Assembly: GCA_965213925.1 (NCBI GenBank) | Contig: OZ243927.1 | Location: forward strand, 1,760,001-1,824,000 | Origin: Trueperaceae bacterium | GTDB taxonomy: Bacteria; Deinococcota; Deinococci; Deinococcales; Trueperaceae | Reading direction: 5' to 3' | Length of the DNA stretch: 64,000 nt | Part shown: piece by piece, positions 50,450 to 60,832 of the stretch | How the letters are laid out: each line of letters opens with the position of its first letter | How positions within the stretch are numbered: position 1 is the stretch's first letter | Notes under the pieces: model-generated | What the model saw: the letters and a program-made list of their open reading frames with translations, nothing else | Databases searched by the model: none | Told to the model about the DNA's origin: nothing | Made by a program: the position numbers and the translations under genes

Positions 50450-51064
50450 ATGAGCCAGTTACCCAAGATGCAGCGCAAAGTTTACGAGCGAATCTGCGAG
50501 CATAAGTCGCGAACGGGCACCTGCCCGGAGCTTGCCGTTTTTGCGCGTGAGCTAAATATTCACTACGTGTCGCTCAAGCAGCATCTCGAGGCGCTCCACA
50601 AAAAGGGCTATCTGGTCTTCGAGAGCCGGGGCAGAGGGCAGTCGCCGAGGCTCGAGCTGCCCGCCAGAGCCACGGGCGTGCCCGTTTTAGGGAGCATTCC
50701 CGCAGGTCCACTCAGCGAGGCGTTAGCCGAGCCCGAGGGCTACTTGCCGCTCCACGACGGACAGAGCAACTTCGCGCTGCGGGTCTCGGGCGATTCGATG
50801 GCAGACCTTATTCAAGACGGCGACGTAGTGGTCTTCAAAAAGGGCGTCCCGATGCGCAGCGGCGAAATCTGCGCGGTGCGCGTCGGTAACAGCGAGGTCA
50901 CGTTGAAGTATCTCGACAAACTCGACCCGAAAACGGTCGCGCTGAGACCTCACAACCCGCAGTACCCGACGCTCTCCGTGGACGCGAGAGAGGTCCACAT
51001 CGAAGGGATTTACTTGGGTCTCGTGCGCGGCGAACTGCTCAGTTCGCTTTACGAGGAGGTGTGA
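50450..51064 (+). CDS. lexA: LexA-like self-cleaving repressor (wHTH plus S24 peptidase)
   Basis: HL.AL..KGYL winged helix, G.IPAG.L cleavage site, V.GDSM catalytic Ser, TLK catalytic Lys. Confidence 0.88.
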   Translation: MSQLPKMQRKVYERICEHKSRTGTCPELAVFARELNIHYVSLKQHLEALHKKGYLVFESRGRGQSPRLELPARATGVPVLGSIPAGPLSEALAEPEGYLPLHDGQSNFALRVSGDSMADLIQDGDVVVFKKGVPMRSGEICAVRVGNSEVTLKYLDKLDPKTVALRPHNPQYPTLSVDAREVHIEGIYLGLVRGELLSSLYEEV

Positions 51065-51078
51065 TTTTAGCGTCGTCA

Positions 51079-51114
51079 TTGAATCGCGCGAGTATTACCT
51101 TAAAGTGTTACGTA
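51079..51114 (+). promoter_or_regulatory. promoter overlapped by a second operator copy
   Basis: TTGAAT-16 nt-TAAAGT; TACCTTA-AAGTG-TTACGTA at 51096-51114. Confidence 0.6.
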
Positions 51115-51189
51115 CCGAATGAACGGCTCAGGAGCGTAACCAGATAATACCCGTTGCGAATGTAGAGATTCCTCTCAAAAGCAGATGAC

Positions 51190-51295
51190 CAAAGCAAAAG
51201 CCCGCGCCCCATCCGCCAAGAGTTGCGCGAGCCCACGCCTTGTCCGTCTAGCTCATACCCGTTTTCAGGCGGGACTAAAGGAGAACTAGCTCATG
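51190..51295 (-). ncRNA. putative ~100-nt cis-antisense RNA
   Basis: Minus-strand TTGACA at 51324-29 with a weak -10. Minus-strand terminator GCTCGCGC-loop(TTGGCG)-GCGCGGGC-TTTTGCTTT. Confidence 0.5.
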
Positions 51296-51661
51296 AACTA
51301 TCCTGCACGCATCTTTAGGGATTTGTCAAGTGTTTGGCAAAGGGACGCCGCGAGTCAGCGCGTCGACATCCTAGCCGCCGAACTCACCGCCTGCGTCGCC
51401 GCGCAAGGCACGCTCTGCTTAGGTCTCATCCGCGCTGAGGCGGTGCCTAAGTACTTCGGTCTGGTTTACCTCTTAGACGGCTACGGTATCTTGCTGCGCA
51501 AGCGTCACAGAAAAGAGGGGGGCGTGCTCGTTTTTGCCGAGGTCAAGCGAGAGGTCGCGTCCGAGTTTGCGGGCGCAGTCGTCACCGAGCGCACTTTAGC
51601 GCCTTCTAAAACTGCCACAACCACGGTTGAAGTCGCAAGAGAATTCGCGCACGCCGCGTAA
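51293..51661 (+). CDS. hypothetical protein, first gene of the operon downstream of lexA
   Basis: AAGGAG RBS; 11 nt from the next gene; no family recognised. Confidence 0.65.
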   Translation: MNYPARIFRDLSSVWQRDAASQRVDILAAELTACVAAQGTLCLGLIRAEAVPKYFGLVYLLDGYGILLRKRHRKEGGVLVFAEVKREVASEFAGAVVTERTLAPSKTATTTVEVAREFAHAA

Positions 51662-51672
51662 GGAGGGTTGAG

Positions 51673-52350
51673 ATGAATACGAGTACCGACCTGACCTGGG
51701 AAACACTTTTGGAGAAACTCGCGCGACCCTTCCCGGTGTCCTCGATTTACTGGCGAGCGGGCGTGGTTAGCCGCGACAAGAAGCGGGCGCAGGCGCTACC
51801 TTACGCTGAGCCGCGCGTGTACGAAGACCGCCTTAACGGAGTCTGTCCTGGTCTCTGGAGCGTCTCCTTCCGTCCTTGGGGCGAATCGCGCATCATCTGC
51901 GACCTCTCGATCGGCGAATTGACGCGCTCCTCTACAGGGGAGGAGAACGAGGGTTTCGCGCCCGGTACGGCGGCGGAGGCGCAGGCGTTTAAGCGCGCTT
52001 GCGTGAAGTTCGGTCTCGGTCGCTACCTCTACGACGTTCCGATCGTCTGGGTTCCTTACGACGAGAAGTCGCGGAAGCTCACCGAGACGCCGACCTTGCC
52101 TGAGAAGTTTTTGCCTCACGAGCAAAGCGCACCGCCCACCCTCTCCGAAGGACGCGCCACCGCCATGCACCGCGAGCTAGAGAAGTTGGGTCTCGTCAAG
52201 CCTGAGCAGTATAGGCTCGCCGCGCGTGTGCTCGGTCACGAGGTCGCGCAGTTCACCGCGCTCACCGAAGCCGAGGCGTTAGAGGTCTGGAACGTCGCCA
52301 AGCGTGCTCAGGTAGGGCAGGGCGGTCCGTCAGCGCAGCGAGCGGCGTGA
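51673..52350 (+). CDS. Rad52/Rad22-family (DdrA/Sak-like) single-strand annealing protein
   Basis: L..PF....W, RVYEDRLN.V, AFKRACVKFGLGRYLYD; GGAGG RBS. Confidence 0.9.
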   Translation: MNTSTDLTWETLLEKLARPFPVSSIYWRAGVVSRDKKRAQALPYAEPRVYEDRLNGVCPGLWSVSFRPWGESRIICDLSIGELTRSSTGEENEGFAPGTAAEAQAFKRACVKFGLGRYLYDVPIVWVPYDEKSRKLTETPTLPEKFLPHEQSAPPTLSEGRATAMHRELEKLGLVKPEQYRLAARVLGHEVAQFTALTEAEALEVWNVAKRAQVGQGGPSAQRAA

Positions 52351-52529
52351 CGAGCGCCGCCGTCCCTACCGCCACGGCTGAAACCGCTGAACGCGAACGC
52401 CTCTACCGCTGCCCCAAATGTAAACGCCGCGTGACGGTTTTGCTCGAGAACGTCGCCGTAAGCTGCAGTCGCTGTGGCCGGATGATGAAGCGCGTTGACG
52501 GTGGCGCTGAGCGAGTTCACACAGCTTAG
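52347..52529 (+). CDS. small zinc-ribbon protein
   Basis: CPKC..CSRC; GTGA overlap with the Rad52-like gene. Confidence 0.65.
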   Translation: MTSAAVPTATAETAERERLYRCPKCKRRVTVLLENVAVSCSRCGRMMKRVDGGAERVHTA

Positions 52530-52702
52530 TAGGCTTGAATAAGCTCTTCTTAGTTCGGCGAGTGACGTAGTTTTGAAAAGGGATAGGCTCGAGTTCGCGT
52601 TGAGACTCGAGCCTCTTCCAACCGCTCTCGAGCCAGGTGTACGCCCCTGCCCAACTGCTTTGTTTAGTTCTCTTAACTACGCGGCGCTGCCGAAAGGACG
52701 AT

Positions 52703-52960
52703 ATGAATACCGGGCTTACTCTCACAACCTGTCCGCATTGTGACGGTGAAGGAGGAGAAATGTACGCAGCCGGACCTGGCTACTATGCGCCTCACTCTGG
52801 CGGTTATCTTCCCTTCGAACAGACCGATATATGCGAGATATGCGAAGGCTCAGGTGAGGTAGAGGTGTGCGCCCACTGCTTAGAACCTTTAGACGTCTTG
52901 CACGGCGAAGAGGTATGTGGCTGCGCTGCACTCAGCGCAGCCGTGCGACAAGCTGCGTAA
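52703..52960 (+). CDS. small Cys-rich zinc-finger protein with DnaJ-like CxxCxGxG repeats
   Basis: CPHCDGEG, CEICEGSG, CAHC, CGC; AAGGA RBS before ATG 52703. Confidence 0.7.
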   Translation: MNTGLTLTTCPHCDGEGGEMYAAGPGYYAPHSGGYLPFEQTDICEICEGSGEVEVCAHCLEPLDVLHGEEVCGCAALSAAVRQAA

Positions 52961-52970
52961 AGAACTCGCG

Positions 52971-53828
52971 TTAGGGTGCGCGCTGCTTGAGTTGGTCGGA
53001 AACGTCTTGCGCAAGCTCGCGCCCTAGTTCTTCAGCCTCGCTCGCCTCGCCCGAAATCTCCGCTTGGATAACGAGGTCGCCCGCCATGTCGGTCACTGCG
53101 CCGAAGAGGTTCAAGTCGCCCTCCGAAGTGACGGTGGCAAGTGCGCCTAGCGCATGCGACGCGCTCCCTAGCGCCCTAGCGAAGCTCCGCTCGGCGCGGG
53201 CGCGGTCGAAGCTGGGGCGGTGCTGAAGGGTGTAGGCGAGATCGGTGGCGAGGTCGTCGTCTTCGTTGACGACCAAACCGAGCGACCCCTGCCCGGCAGC
53301 CGGGGTGAAGACGGCAGGCTCTAAAAGGACGTTGATGCGTTCTCTGCGCTCGAGCTGAAGCAGATGCGCGCTCGGCATCACGAGCGCGTTCACTTCGCCC
53401 GTAGCGAGCAGCGACAGCGTCACGTCAACGTCGCCGGAGACCGTCTTGACTTCGATATCCTTGCGGTTGGCGAGTAAGAAGGCGCGGTCGCGCTGGGTGC
53501 GAACGCCCACTACGCTACCTGCCGCTAGTGACGCTAAGTCCTCACCCGCGCGGTTGACTAGGGCGGCGCGGGGCTCGAGCCGCCTCGTCACAGCGGCGAG
53601 CATGAGCCCTTCGGGGAGGGTCGGAGGCAATCCCTCCAAGCTCTGCAGCGCAATATTGATGCGCCCGGTTGAAAGCGCATTCAGGAGGTTGGTTGCGCCG
53701 TTATCACCTTGCACAGTTTTCTGGATGATGTTGACGTCAGGCCAGCCCTCACTCAGTTCGGCGAGGACGCCGCGGGCTTGCGGCAGCGCCAAGACACCGC
53801 CCCGATTTCCTAAAACAATTCTAGGCAT
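52971..53828 (-). CDS. HemC-like protein lacking catalytic residues
   Basis: HemC-like motifs (G.RG..LAL.Q, PAAGQG.L, AERSF) but SLEG in place of SxKD and no GGC. Confidence 0.82.
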   Translation of the reverse strand: MPRIVLGNRGGVLALPQARGVLAELSEGWPDVNIIQKTVQGDNGATNLLNALSTGRINIALQSLEGLPPTLPEGLMLAAVTRRLEPRAALVNRAGEDLASLAAGSVVGVRTQRDRAFLLANRKDIEVKTVSGDVDVTLSLLATGEVNALVMPSAHLLQLERRERINVLLEPAVFTPAAGQGSLGLVVNEDDDLATDLAYTLQHRPSFDRARAERSFARALGSASHALGALATVTSEGDLNLFGAVTDMAGDLVIQAEISGEASEAEELGRELAQDVSDQLKQRAP

Positions 53829-54037
53829 GTGTTGGTTTCGTAGAGCGGTTTAAGGGTTGCTTCAATCTAGGCACGCTGCCAAGTACATAGTTAGACATAT
53901 GGTCGAACACACAGTATTTTACAGTAAATGCGTGGCGGGCGCTATAAAGACCGGACGGCGTCACCATCTCACCGACAACACATACTCGGCTACCTGTACT
54001 GGAGACGGCTTGAATAGCTTTTTCGAATTTTGGGCTG

Positions 54038-54314
54038 CTAGCCGATCCCTTCGATAATCACATCAGCGGTGAGCTGCGAGCTTGCTGGTGCGAACGTTGG
54101 CGCGCAGCCGTTTCTCGAAGGCGCTGTTATCTTGCTCGAGCCAGAAGGGAGTGCCCCGAGCTTAGAAAACTCGGCTAAGACTTCATCGACGCTCAAGCTG
54201 TTGGCCAGCAAATCCAAAATATCGACGACGCGAATGCGCTCATACGCGAATGCAGGGTCTGCCACCACACTGCTTAGGTTTGACGGCAATGCGGTCTATA
54301 ACGTAGGTGGTCAT
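54038..54314 (-). pseudogene. DUF433-family gene, frameshifted
   Basis: ATG 54314 reads MTTYVIDRIAVKPKQCGGRPCIR, then shifts to RIRVVDILDLLA.SLSVDEVLAEF. Confidence 0.75.
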
Positions 54315-54372
54315 GAATTTAGCATAGACGAAAGCGGTGCACCTAGACAGAGTTGGGGGGCGTCCTCTCGAG

Positions 54373-54702
54373 CTAGTTAGCTACACGTGGGTCGGATACC
54401 TGCCAGGCCATCTCTTGCTCTCGAGCAATCCGGTAAAAGACAGACTCCCCCGTTTTTAGTCGGAACTCGACGTAGCTGTAGTTACCGAGACGAAACGATC
54501 GGCTCTTGGTGATGCGCGTACCTGGATGATCAGTCCGAAACTGCTTCTTCGCTAGACAAGCGCCGCCAACACGGAAGAGGTAGAAGAGCCAGCTTAGAAT
54601 ACCAATAACGGCGGAAATAAAAATGTAAACGAGCGCGACGGCCGCGCCTCCGCCTGGGAAGATGATGTAGTCACCTACTTGCATAATAGAATTATCCGAC
54701 AT
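54373..54702 (-). CDS. small hypothetical membrane protein
   Basis: ATG 54702; one long hydrophobic segment. Confidence 0.45.
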   Translation of the reverse strand: MSDNSIMQVGDYIIFPGGGAAVALVYIFISAVIGILSWLFYLFRVGGACLAKKQFRTDHPGTRITKSRSFRLGNYSYVEFRLKTGESVFYRIAREQEMAWQVSDPRVAN

Positions 54703-54793
54703 CGCGAAGCGGAATTCTTTCAAAAGCTCACATCTCGTTATAGTTGCAAAGTATTTAACGCAAAGTTCGGGAGAGGAACACCTACAACCACCC

Positions 54794-55846
54794 TCAAAAC
54801 GCATACCGCACCTCACAATACGGCAACTTCTCAGCGAGGAGCGTCTTAAACTCTCGCACCCGCGCCCCCTTAAACCCGCGCCGATACCGCACATTCTTCC
54901 CGCCCATCTTCGACACCTTCGCCTCTTGGTTCTCGGGCGTCCAGAGCAGGTCTTCGGCCTGCGGGTGCCACCCCAAGTTGACCTCGTGCAACCCCTCGTT
55001 GTGCGTCAGGAAGATGACCTCGCACTTGAGCTGCGCCTTAGCCTCTTCGGAGAGCACGTCGTCCACCTCTTCAAGTAGCGCGGCGTAGTCCTCGAGCCAG
55101 CCCTCATAGAGGATGACCGGGCTAAAGTTGAGGTGCACCTCGTAGCCCGCCGCCACGAAGTCATCTACCGCCGCGATGCGCTCGCTCATAGGCGAAGTGC
55201 GCACGTCTACTGTCTTAGCGACTTTTTGCGGCATGAGCGAGAAGCGGATGCGGGTCTTGCGCTGCGGGTCGTAGTTCAAGAGGTCGCGGTTGACGTATTT
55301 GGTCGCGAAAGAGGCTTTAGCGTTATCGAGGTCGCAGAAGAGCGCCACGAGGTCGCGGACATTGTCCGAGATGAGCGCGTCTACCGAACAGTCGCTGTTC
55401 TCGCCGACGTCGTAGACCCAGTAGACGGGGTCGGTTTGGAGGGGCGGCTTAGGGGGCTGTTTGGCGGCGTGGCGCTGAATCGCTTTGCACACCGCGCCTA
55501 TATTCACAAAGGCGCTGATGGGGTTGGCGTACCCCTTGCGGCGCGGCACGTAGCAGTAGGCGCACGCCATCGCGCAGCCGTTCGCGGTTCCTGGCGCGAT
55601 GAAGTCGCCGCTTCGCCCGTTCTCGCGTACTGGGAGTGACTTGCGCACGCCCAAGACGAGCACGTCTCGCTTGACGCGCACCCAGTCGTCCACCGAGCCC
55701 GCATTGCCGTGCAAGCTGGGGATGTTCCAGTGGGAAGGTACTTCGATCTGTTCTGCGTCAGGAAAACGCGCTAGAATTTCCATGCCTCTAGGGTAGGCGG
55801 GGACAGTGGGCTCGAGATATATCTGCTTGACGTCGAGAAGATTCAG
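54794..55846 (-). CDS. spore photoproduct lyase family radical SAM protein, copy 2, probable CTG start
   Basis: GCAMACAYCY, GENSD, FATK, RFSL, YEVHLNFSP, YAF C-terminus; AGGAG upstream of CTG 55846. Confidence 0.9.
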   Translation of the reverse strand: MNLLDVKQIYLEPTVPAYPRGMEILARFPDAEQIEVPSHWNIPSLHGNAGSVDDWVRVKRDVLVLGVRKSLPVRENGRSGDFIAPGTANGCAMACAYCYVPRRKGYANPISAFVNIGAVCKAIQRHAAKQPPKPPLQTDPVYWVYDVGENSDCSVDALISDNVRDLVALFCDLDNAKASFATKYVNRDLLNYDPQRKTRIRFSLMPQKVAKTVDVRTSPMSERIAAVDDFVAAGYEVHLNFSPVILYEGWLEDYAALLEEVDDVLSEEAKAQLKCEVIFLTHNEGLHEVNLGWHPQAEDLLWTPENQEAKVSKMGGKNVRYRRGFKGARVREFKTLLAEKLPYCEVRYAF

Positions 55847-55913
55847 AGGGGTCTCCTAAACCAAAAGAAAAGAGGTGCCAGCCGCCAACAGCCGACACCT
55901 CGTGCGCATCTGC

Positions 55914-56990
55914 TTACGTCCAGTAAAGTACTTGCGCTTCGGGGAAACGCACCGCGATCTCCGTCTCGAAAAAGCCGCGCAGGGTCGTCATCGTGTCCTT
56001 CGTATAGACGAACTTCGTGCCGCCAAACTTGTTGCGCTTGACGCTGCGGTTCTCCTCGCTCAGGTCGAGGCTCGAGTTCGGATACCAACCCTCCAAGACC
56101 TCTTTCGAGCCGGGCGTGAAGCGGTGGCTGATCAGCTCGAAGGTGAGGTCAACGGGGAAGTCCAGGGTCTGCTCGATCTCGTCGAAGAGCGCAGTGTAGT
56201 GCTCGCGCCAACCCTCGATGGGCATAATCGGTGCGATGACCAAACCGACAGGGTAGCCCGCCTGGGCGAGCTTGCGGATGGCTCCTAAACGGGCGGAGAT
56301 GGAAGCGGTGCCGCCCTCGAGCCGCTTGCCAATCGGCTCTGCGTTGACCGACGCGCGGGCTCTCGTCTGCCCATTGTGCGGCAGGTCGAGCAAACCGTCC
56401 ACCGCGTCGAACTTACTGACGTAACGCAGTGAGCCGTCCGTGCGCGTGCCGAAGTACTTGATGCACTCGGACAAGCTGCCCGTGAGGTGCTCCAAACCCA
56501 AGGGGTCGGTGTAGCACGACACCTCGAAAGAGGTCGGACCATCCTCGTACTGCGCCAAGTGACCCAAAATCTCGGGCAGGTTGGCGTAGACACGGGTTAC
56601 GGGCGGACCGGAGAGCGAGCCCGCTAGGTAGCAGTACTGACAATGCGCAGGGCAACCTTTGGCGAGGTGGAACTGCCAGTCGGCGGAGGGCGGGATAGGC
56701 TGGAGCTTCATCATGCTGGGCGGCGCATTGACAACCGCCAGGGTCTGCTTGGCGAGGCGATAGGTCTCGCGCTCATCTTTGCCGCGCAAGCCCGTGACGC
56801 GGTTGCTAGGAAGTTCGGTGATGTCTAAACCCAAAGAGGTCATGCGTTCGTACATCTGCTGACCGAAAGGTTGCTCTAAAGCGTCCGGGGTGAAGAGCAC
56901 GCGCTTAGGGGTCCAGAGCTTGGGCTTTTGCTGGCGAGGAGCGGGACGCGAAACGGAAGAGGTCGGGCGGATAGGCTCGGCTGCAGGCAA
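55914..56990 (-). CDS. splB: spore photoproduct lyase family radical SAM protein, copy 1, TTG start
   Basis: GCPAHCQYCYL, FE.SC.TDPL, GYP.G..IAPI, HRFT, YWT C-terminus. Confidence 0.92.
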   Translation of the reverse strand: MPAAEPIRPTSSVSRPAPRQQKPKLWTPKRVLFTPDALEQPFGQQMYERMTSLGLDITELPSNRVTGLRGKDERETYRLAKQTLAVVNAPPSMMKLQPIPPSADWQFHLAKGCPAHCQYCYLAGSLSGPPVTRVYANLPEILGHLAQYEDGPTSFEVSCYTDPLGLEHLTGSLSECIKYFGTRTDGSLRYVSKFDAVDGLLDLPHNGQTRARASVNAEPIGKRLEGGTASISARLGAIRKLAQAGYPVGLVIAPIMPIEGWREHYTALFDEIEQTLDFPVDLTFELISHRFTPGSKEVLEGWYPNSSLDLSEENRSVKRNKFGGTKFVYTKDTMTTLRGFFETEIAVRFPEAQVLYWT

Positions 56991-57081
56991 AGAGGTCTCC
57001 TTCTTCGCGAGAAAGTTGGGTTGTCTAAAGGGGTAAAAAGGTAGTGGAGTTGCGCTTGAGGTCGCTAACTAACTTGAGTTT

Positions 57082-57110
57082 ATTGTACTCAATTTTAAGG
57101 TGAAAAGCAA
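57082..57110 (-). promoter_or_regulatory. promoter of the spl pair containing an operator-like half-site
   Basis: TTGCTT-17 nt-TACAAT; the spacer contains CACCTTAAAATTGAG. Confidence 0.55.
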
Positions 57111-57181
57111 GGTGCCTGAGTCACATTTTAAGCTGTGCAGGACGAGGAAAAGTCAATTTTTCTACTGGTCATGGGGAAGAG

Positions 57182-57670
57182 CTACACATTGTCCCGAGAA
57201 GGTGGAAGAATACGAGCTAGATCATCTTCAACATCTAATCCGTACATTACAGCAAGTACGCCAAGCCGTAAGCCTATGTCTGAACGCAACTTGCCGAGAG
57301 ATGTAAAGAATTTCCAGCTTCTAGGACCCCCATCAAAGCTACTACGGATAATCAATTGCCGTTGTCCCTCCTGAACGTCATCTAAAAACTCTCGACAAGC
57401 AGCTCGCATGACTCGCAGATGTTCAGCTAAATCCTCCTGATTCTGTAGGCCTTGAAGCGTATCAGTAAGGAACTCACGTATCATCATTACCGATTCCACA
57501 CAATGCTCTAGCACCTCGAGTGCGTAATCGTTGTAAAGTACGCGCCTATCTTCAAAGAACGCTATTATGCGTCGCGCAACTGTAATCTCAGGTTCTGAGG
57601 GCTCCCAAGAAACGCCGAAGATTGGAATGCTGAATCCCGTGATACGGCTCGCTATCTCCTTATAGTGCAT
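57182..57670 (-). CDS. uncharacterised protein (DUF6650-like)
   Basis: RITGFS.P.FGVSW..FFEDRRVLY recalled as this family; appears lower in GC. Confidence 0.65.
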   Translation of the reverse strand: MHYKEIASRITGFSIPIFGVSWEPSEPEITVARRIIAFFEDRRVLYNDYALEVLEHCVESVMMIREFLTDTLQGLQNQEDLAEHLRVMRAACREFLDDVQEGQRQLIIRSSFDGGPRSWKFFTSLGKLRSDIGLRLGVLAVMYGLDVEDDLARILPPSRDNV

Positions 57671-57743
57671 GGTTACTCTTATACCGTATAGCGCGGCAAA
57701 AACCCTTCATCAAACCTTTTCGCTCAACGCCTTCACACGTCAT

Positions 57744-58019
57744 TCAAGCACTTTTGGGTAGAGGCATATCATCAGGCTCAGCGAACGCAACCTCGTGGAT
57801 AGCGTTCCAGTCAATCACAGCAATCCAGATATTTTCATCAGTAGAAAACTGGACGCGCCCCTCGGTCTCTAAATCTTCGCTGTAGAGCGTGAGGCGCAGA
57901 CCCTCTTCTAAGGTAATGCGCTGCCGTGATAAGTCTTGCACCGTACCAACACAATTGAGGCGCAAACGACCGTTTGGGTCGGCGCTGTGAAAGTCGGCGT
58001 ATACACGGGGGGTGCTCAT
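57744..58019 (-). CDS. putative immunity/antitoxin protein
   Basis: 91 aa, acidic C-terminus, 12 nt downstream of the toxin-like gene. Confidence 0.55.
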   Translation of the reverse strand: MSTPRVYADFHSADPNGRLRLNCVGTVQDLSRQRITLEEGLRLTLYSEDLETEGRVQFSTDENIWIAVIDWNAIHEVAFAEPDDMPLPKSA

Positions 58020-58031
58020 AAAGCGAGTATA

Positions 58032-58364
58032 TCACCTCTCTATTCGCGCTGGATTAGGCTGCGTAGGCGTAAGGAGACGGCTGATTTGCTCAGGTACTAA
58101 CCCTGTGAGGGTAGCGTGATAAGGGCTTCTGCCGGAGGTGCGTACGACATCGCCCCCTAGACTCCGAACTTCGCCGACAGTCGTTACGCCTACTTGACCA
58201 TGAGGAAGGGTCTTTGCCAACTCCAGCATAGAAATATCATCCGCGCACTCAACGGAAATACCTGTGACACCACTTGGGTGCGTTCCGGTTGCTCTAGCGA
58301 TATCTTCAGGGCGGTTACGCCCACCTCTTACGACGAGCGCTTCATCAGGAATGTCGTGTTGCAC
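58032..58364 (-). CDS. stand-alone polymorphic-toxin-like domain
   Basis: LVVRGG..GISV..P.G.VGVTTVG.VR..GG.V..P.H pattern resembling RHS C-terminal domains. Confidence 0.5.
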   Translation of the reverse strand: MQHDIPDEALVVRGGRNRPEDIARATGTHPSGVTGISVECADDISMLELAKTLPHGQVGVTTVGEVRSLGGDVVRTSGRSPYHATLTGLVPEQISRLLTPTQPNPARIER

Positions 58365-58408
58365 CGAACGACTTTAACATTGAGGAGCGCAATAGAGCCT
58401 AAAACGGT

Positions 58409-60313
<1,905 letters not shown>

Positions 60314-60420
60314 AAGGTTTAGTTTACCTCTTGTTTACGTTCAACCTCCTAAAGCCAGGAGTCACGATGTGTCGCAATGGGGTAGTCCGTGAATTTTCGT
60401 GCTGACCCCTGTCTACACCG

Positions 60421-60693
60421 TTACTCCAAGAGCTTCTCGAGCCGGGTCATCACCGCTTCGATGTCGTCCCTCGCGTGCCCCAGACCGCTCATGAGCCGCC
60501 AAATATTCTGTTCGTCGCTCGAGTTGGGGTCGTACAATTCGCGCATCTGCTGCATCAAAAAAGAGGCGAGCACGTTCCTAAAGCTCTGCGTTTTATCGCC
60601 GCTCTTTTCCATATCGAGAAACTGATGGACGAGAAACTCGTCGGGGTAGGCTTCGCTCGCCTTTTTGATAATTTCGTCTAAGCTTTTGGACAT
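60421..60693 (-). CDS. hypothetical helical protein
   Basis: ATG 60693 preceded by GAGG; no family recognised. Confidence 0.6.
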   Translation of the reverse strand: MSKSLDEIIKKASEAYPDEFLVHQFLDMEKSGDKTQSFRNVLASFLMQQMRELYDPNSSDEQNIWRLMSGLGHARDDIEAVMTRLEKLLE

Positions 60694-60832
60694 CGCGCCT
60701 CGCTTCGGCTCAGTGTACTGAAAAATGAGAGCCTCGCTAGGATAAATAGGGCGGTTGTACTTCCGTTCTTCCTCATCTGTCCTAGTGGGGTGAGTCAGCG
60801 TGAGGTGAGTCAGCACCTCGAGCCTTACGTTC

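Noticed and set aside
50450..52960. Intact prophage or ICE
   Set aside because: No integrase, att repeats, structural or conjugation genes in the window.
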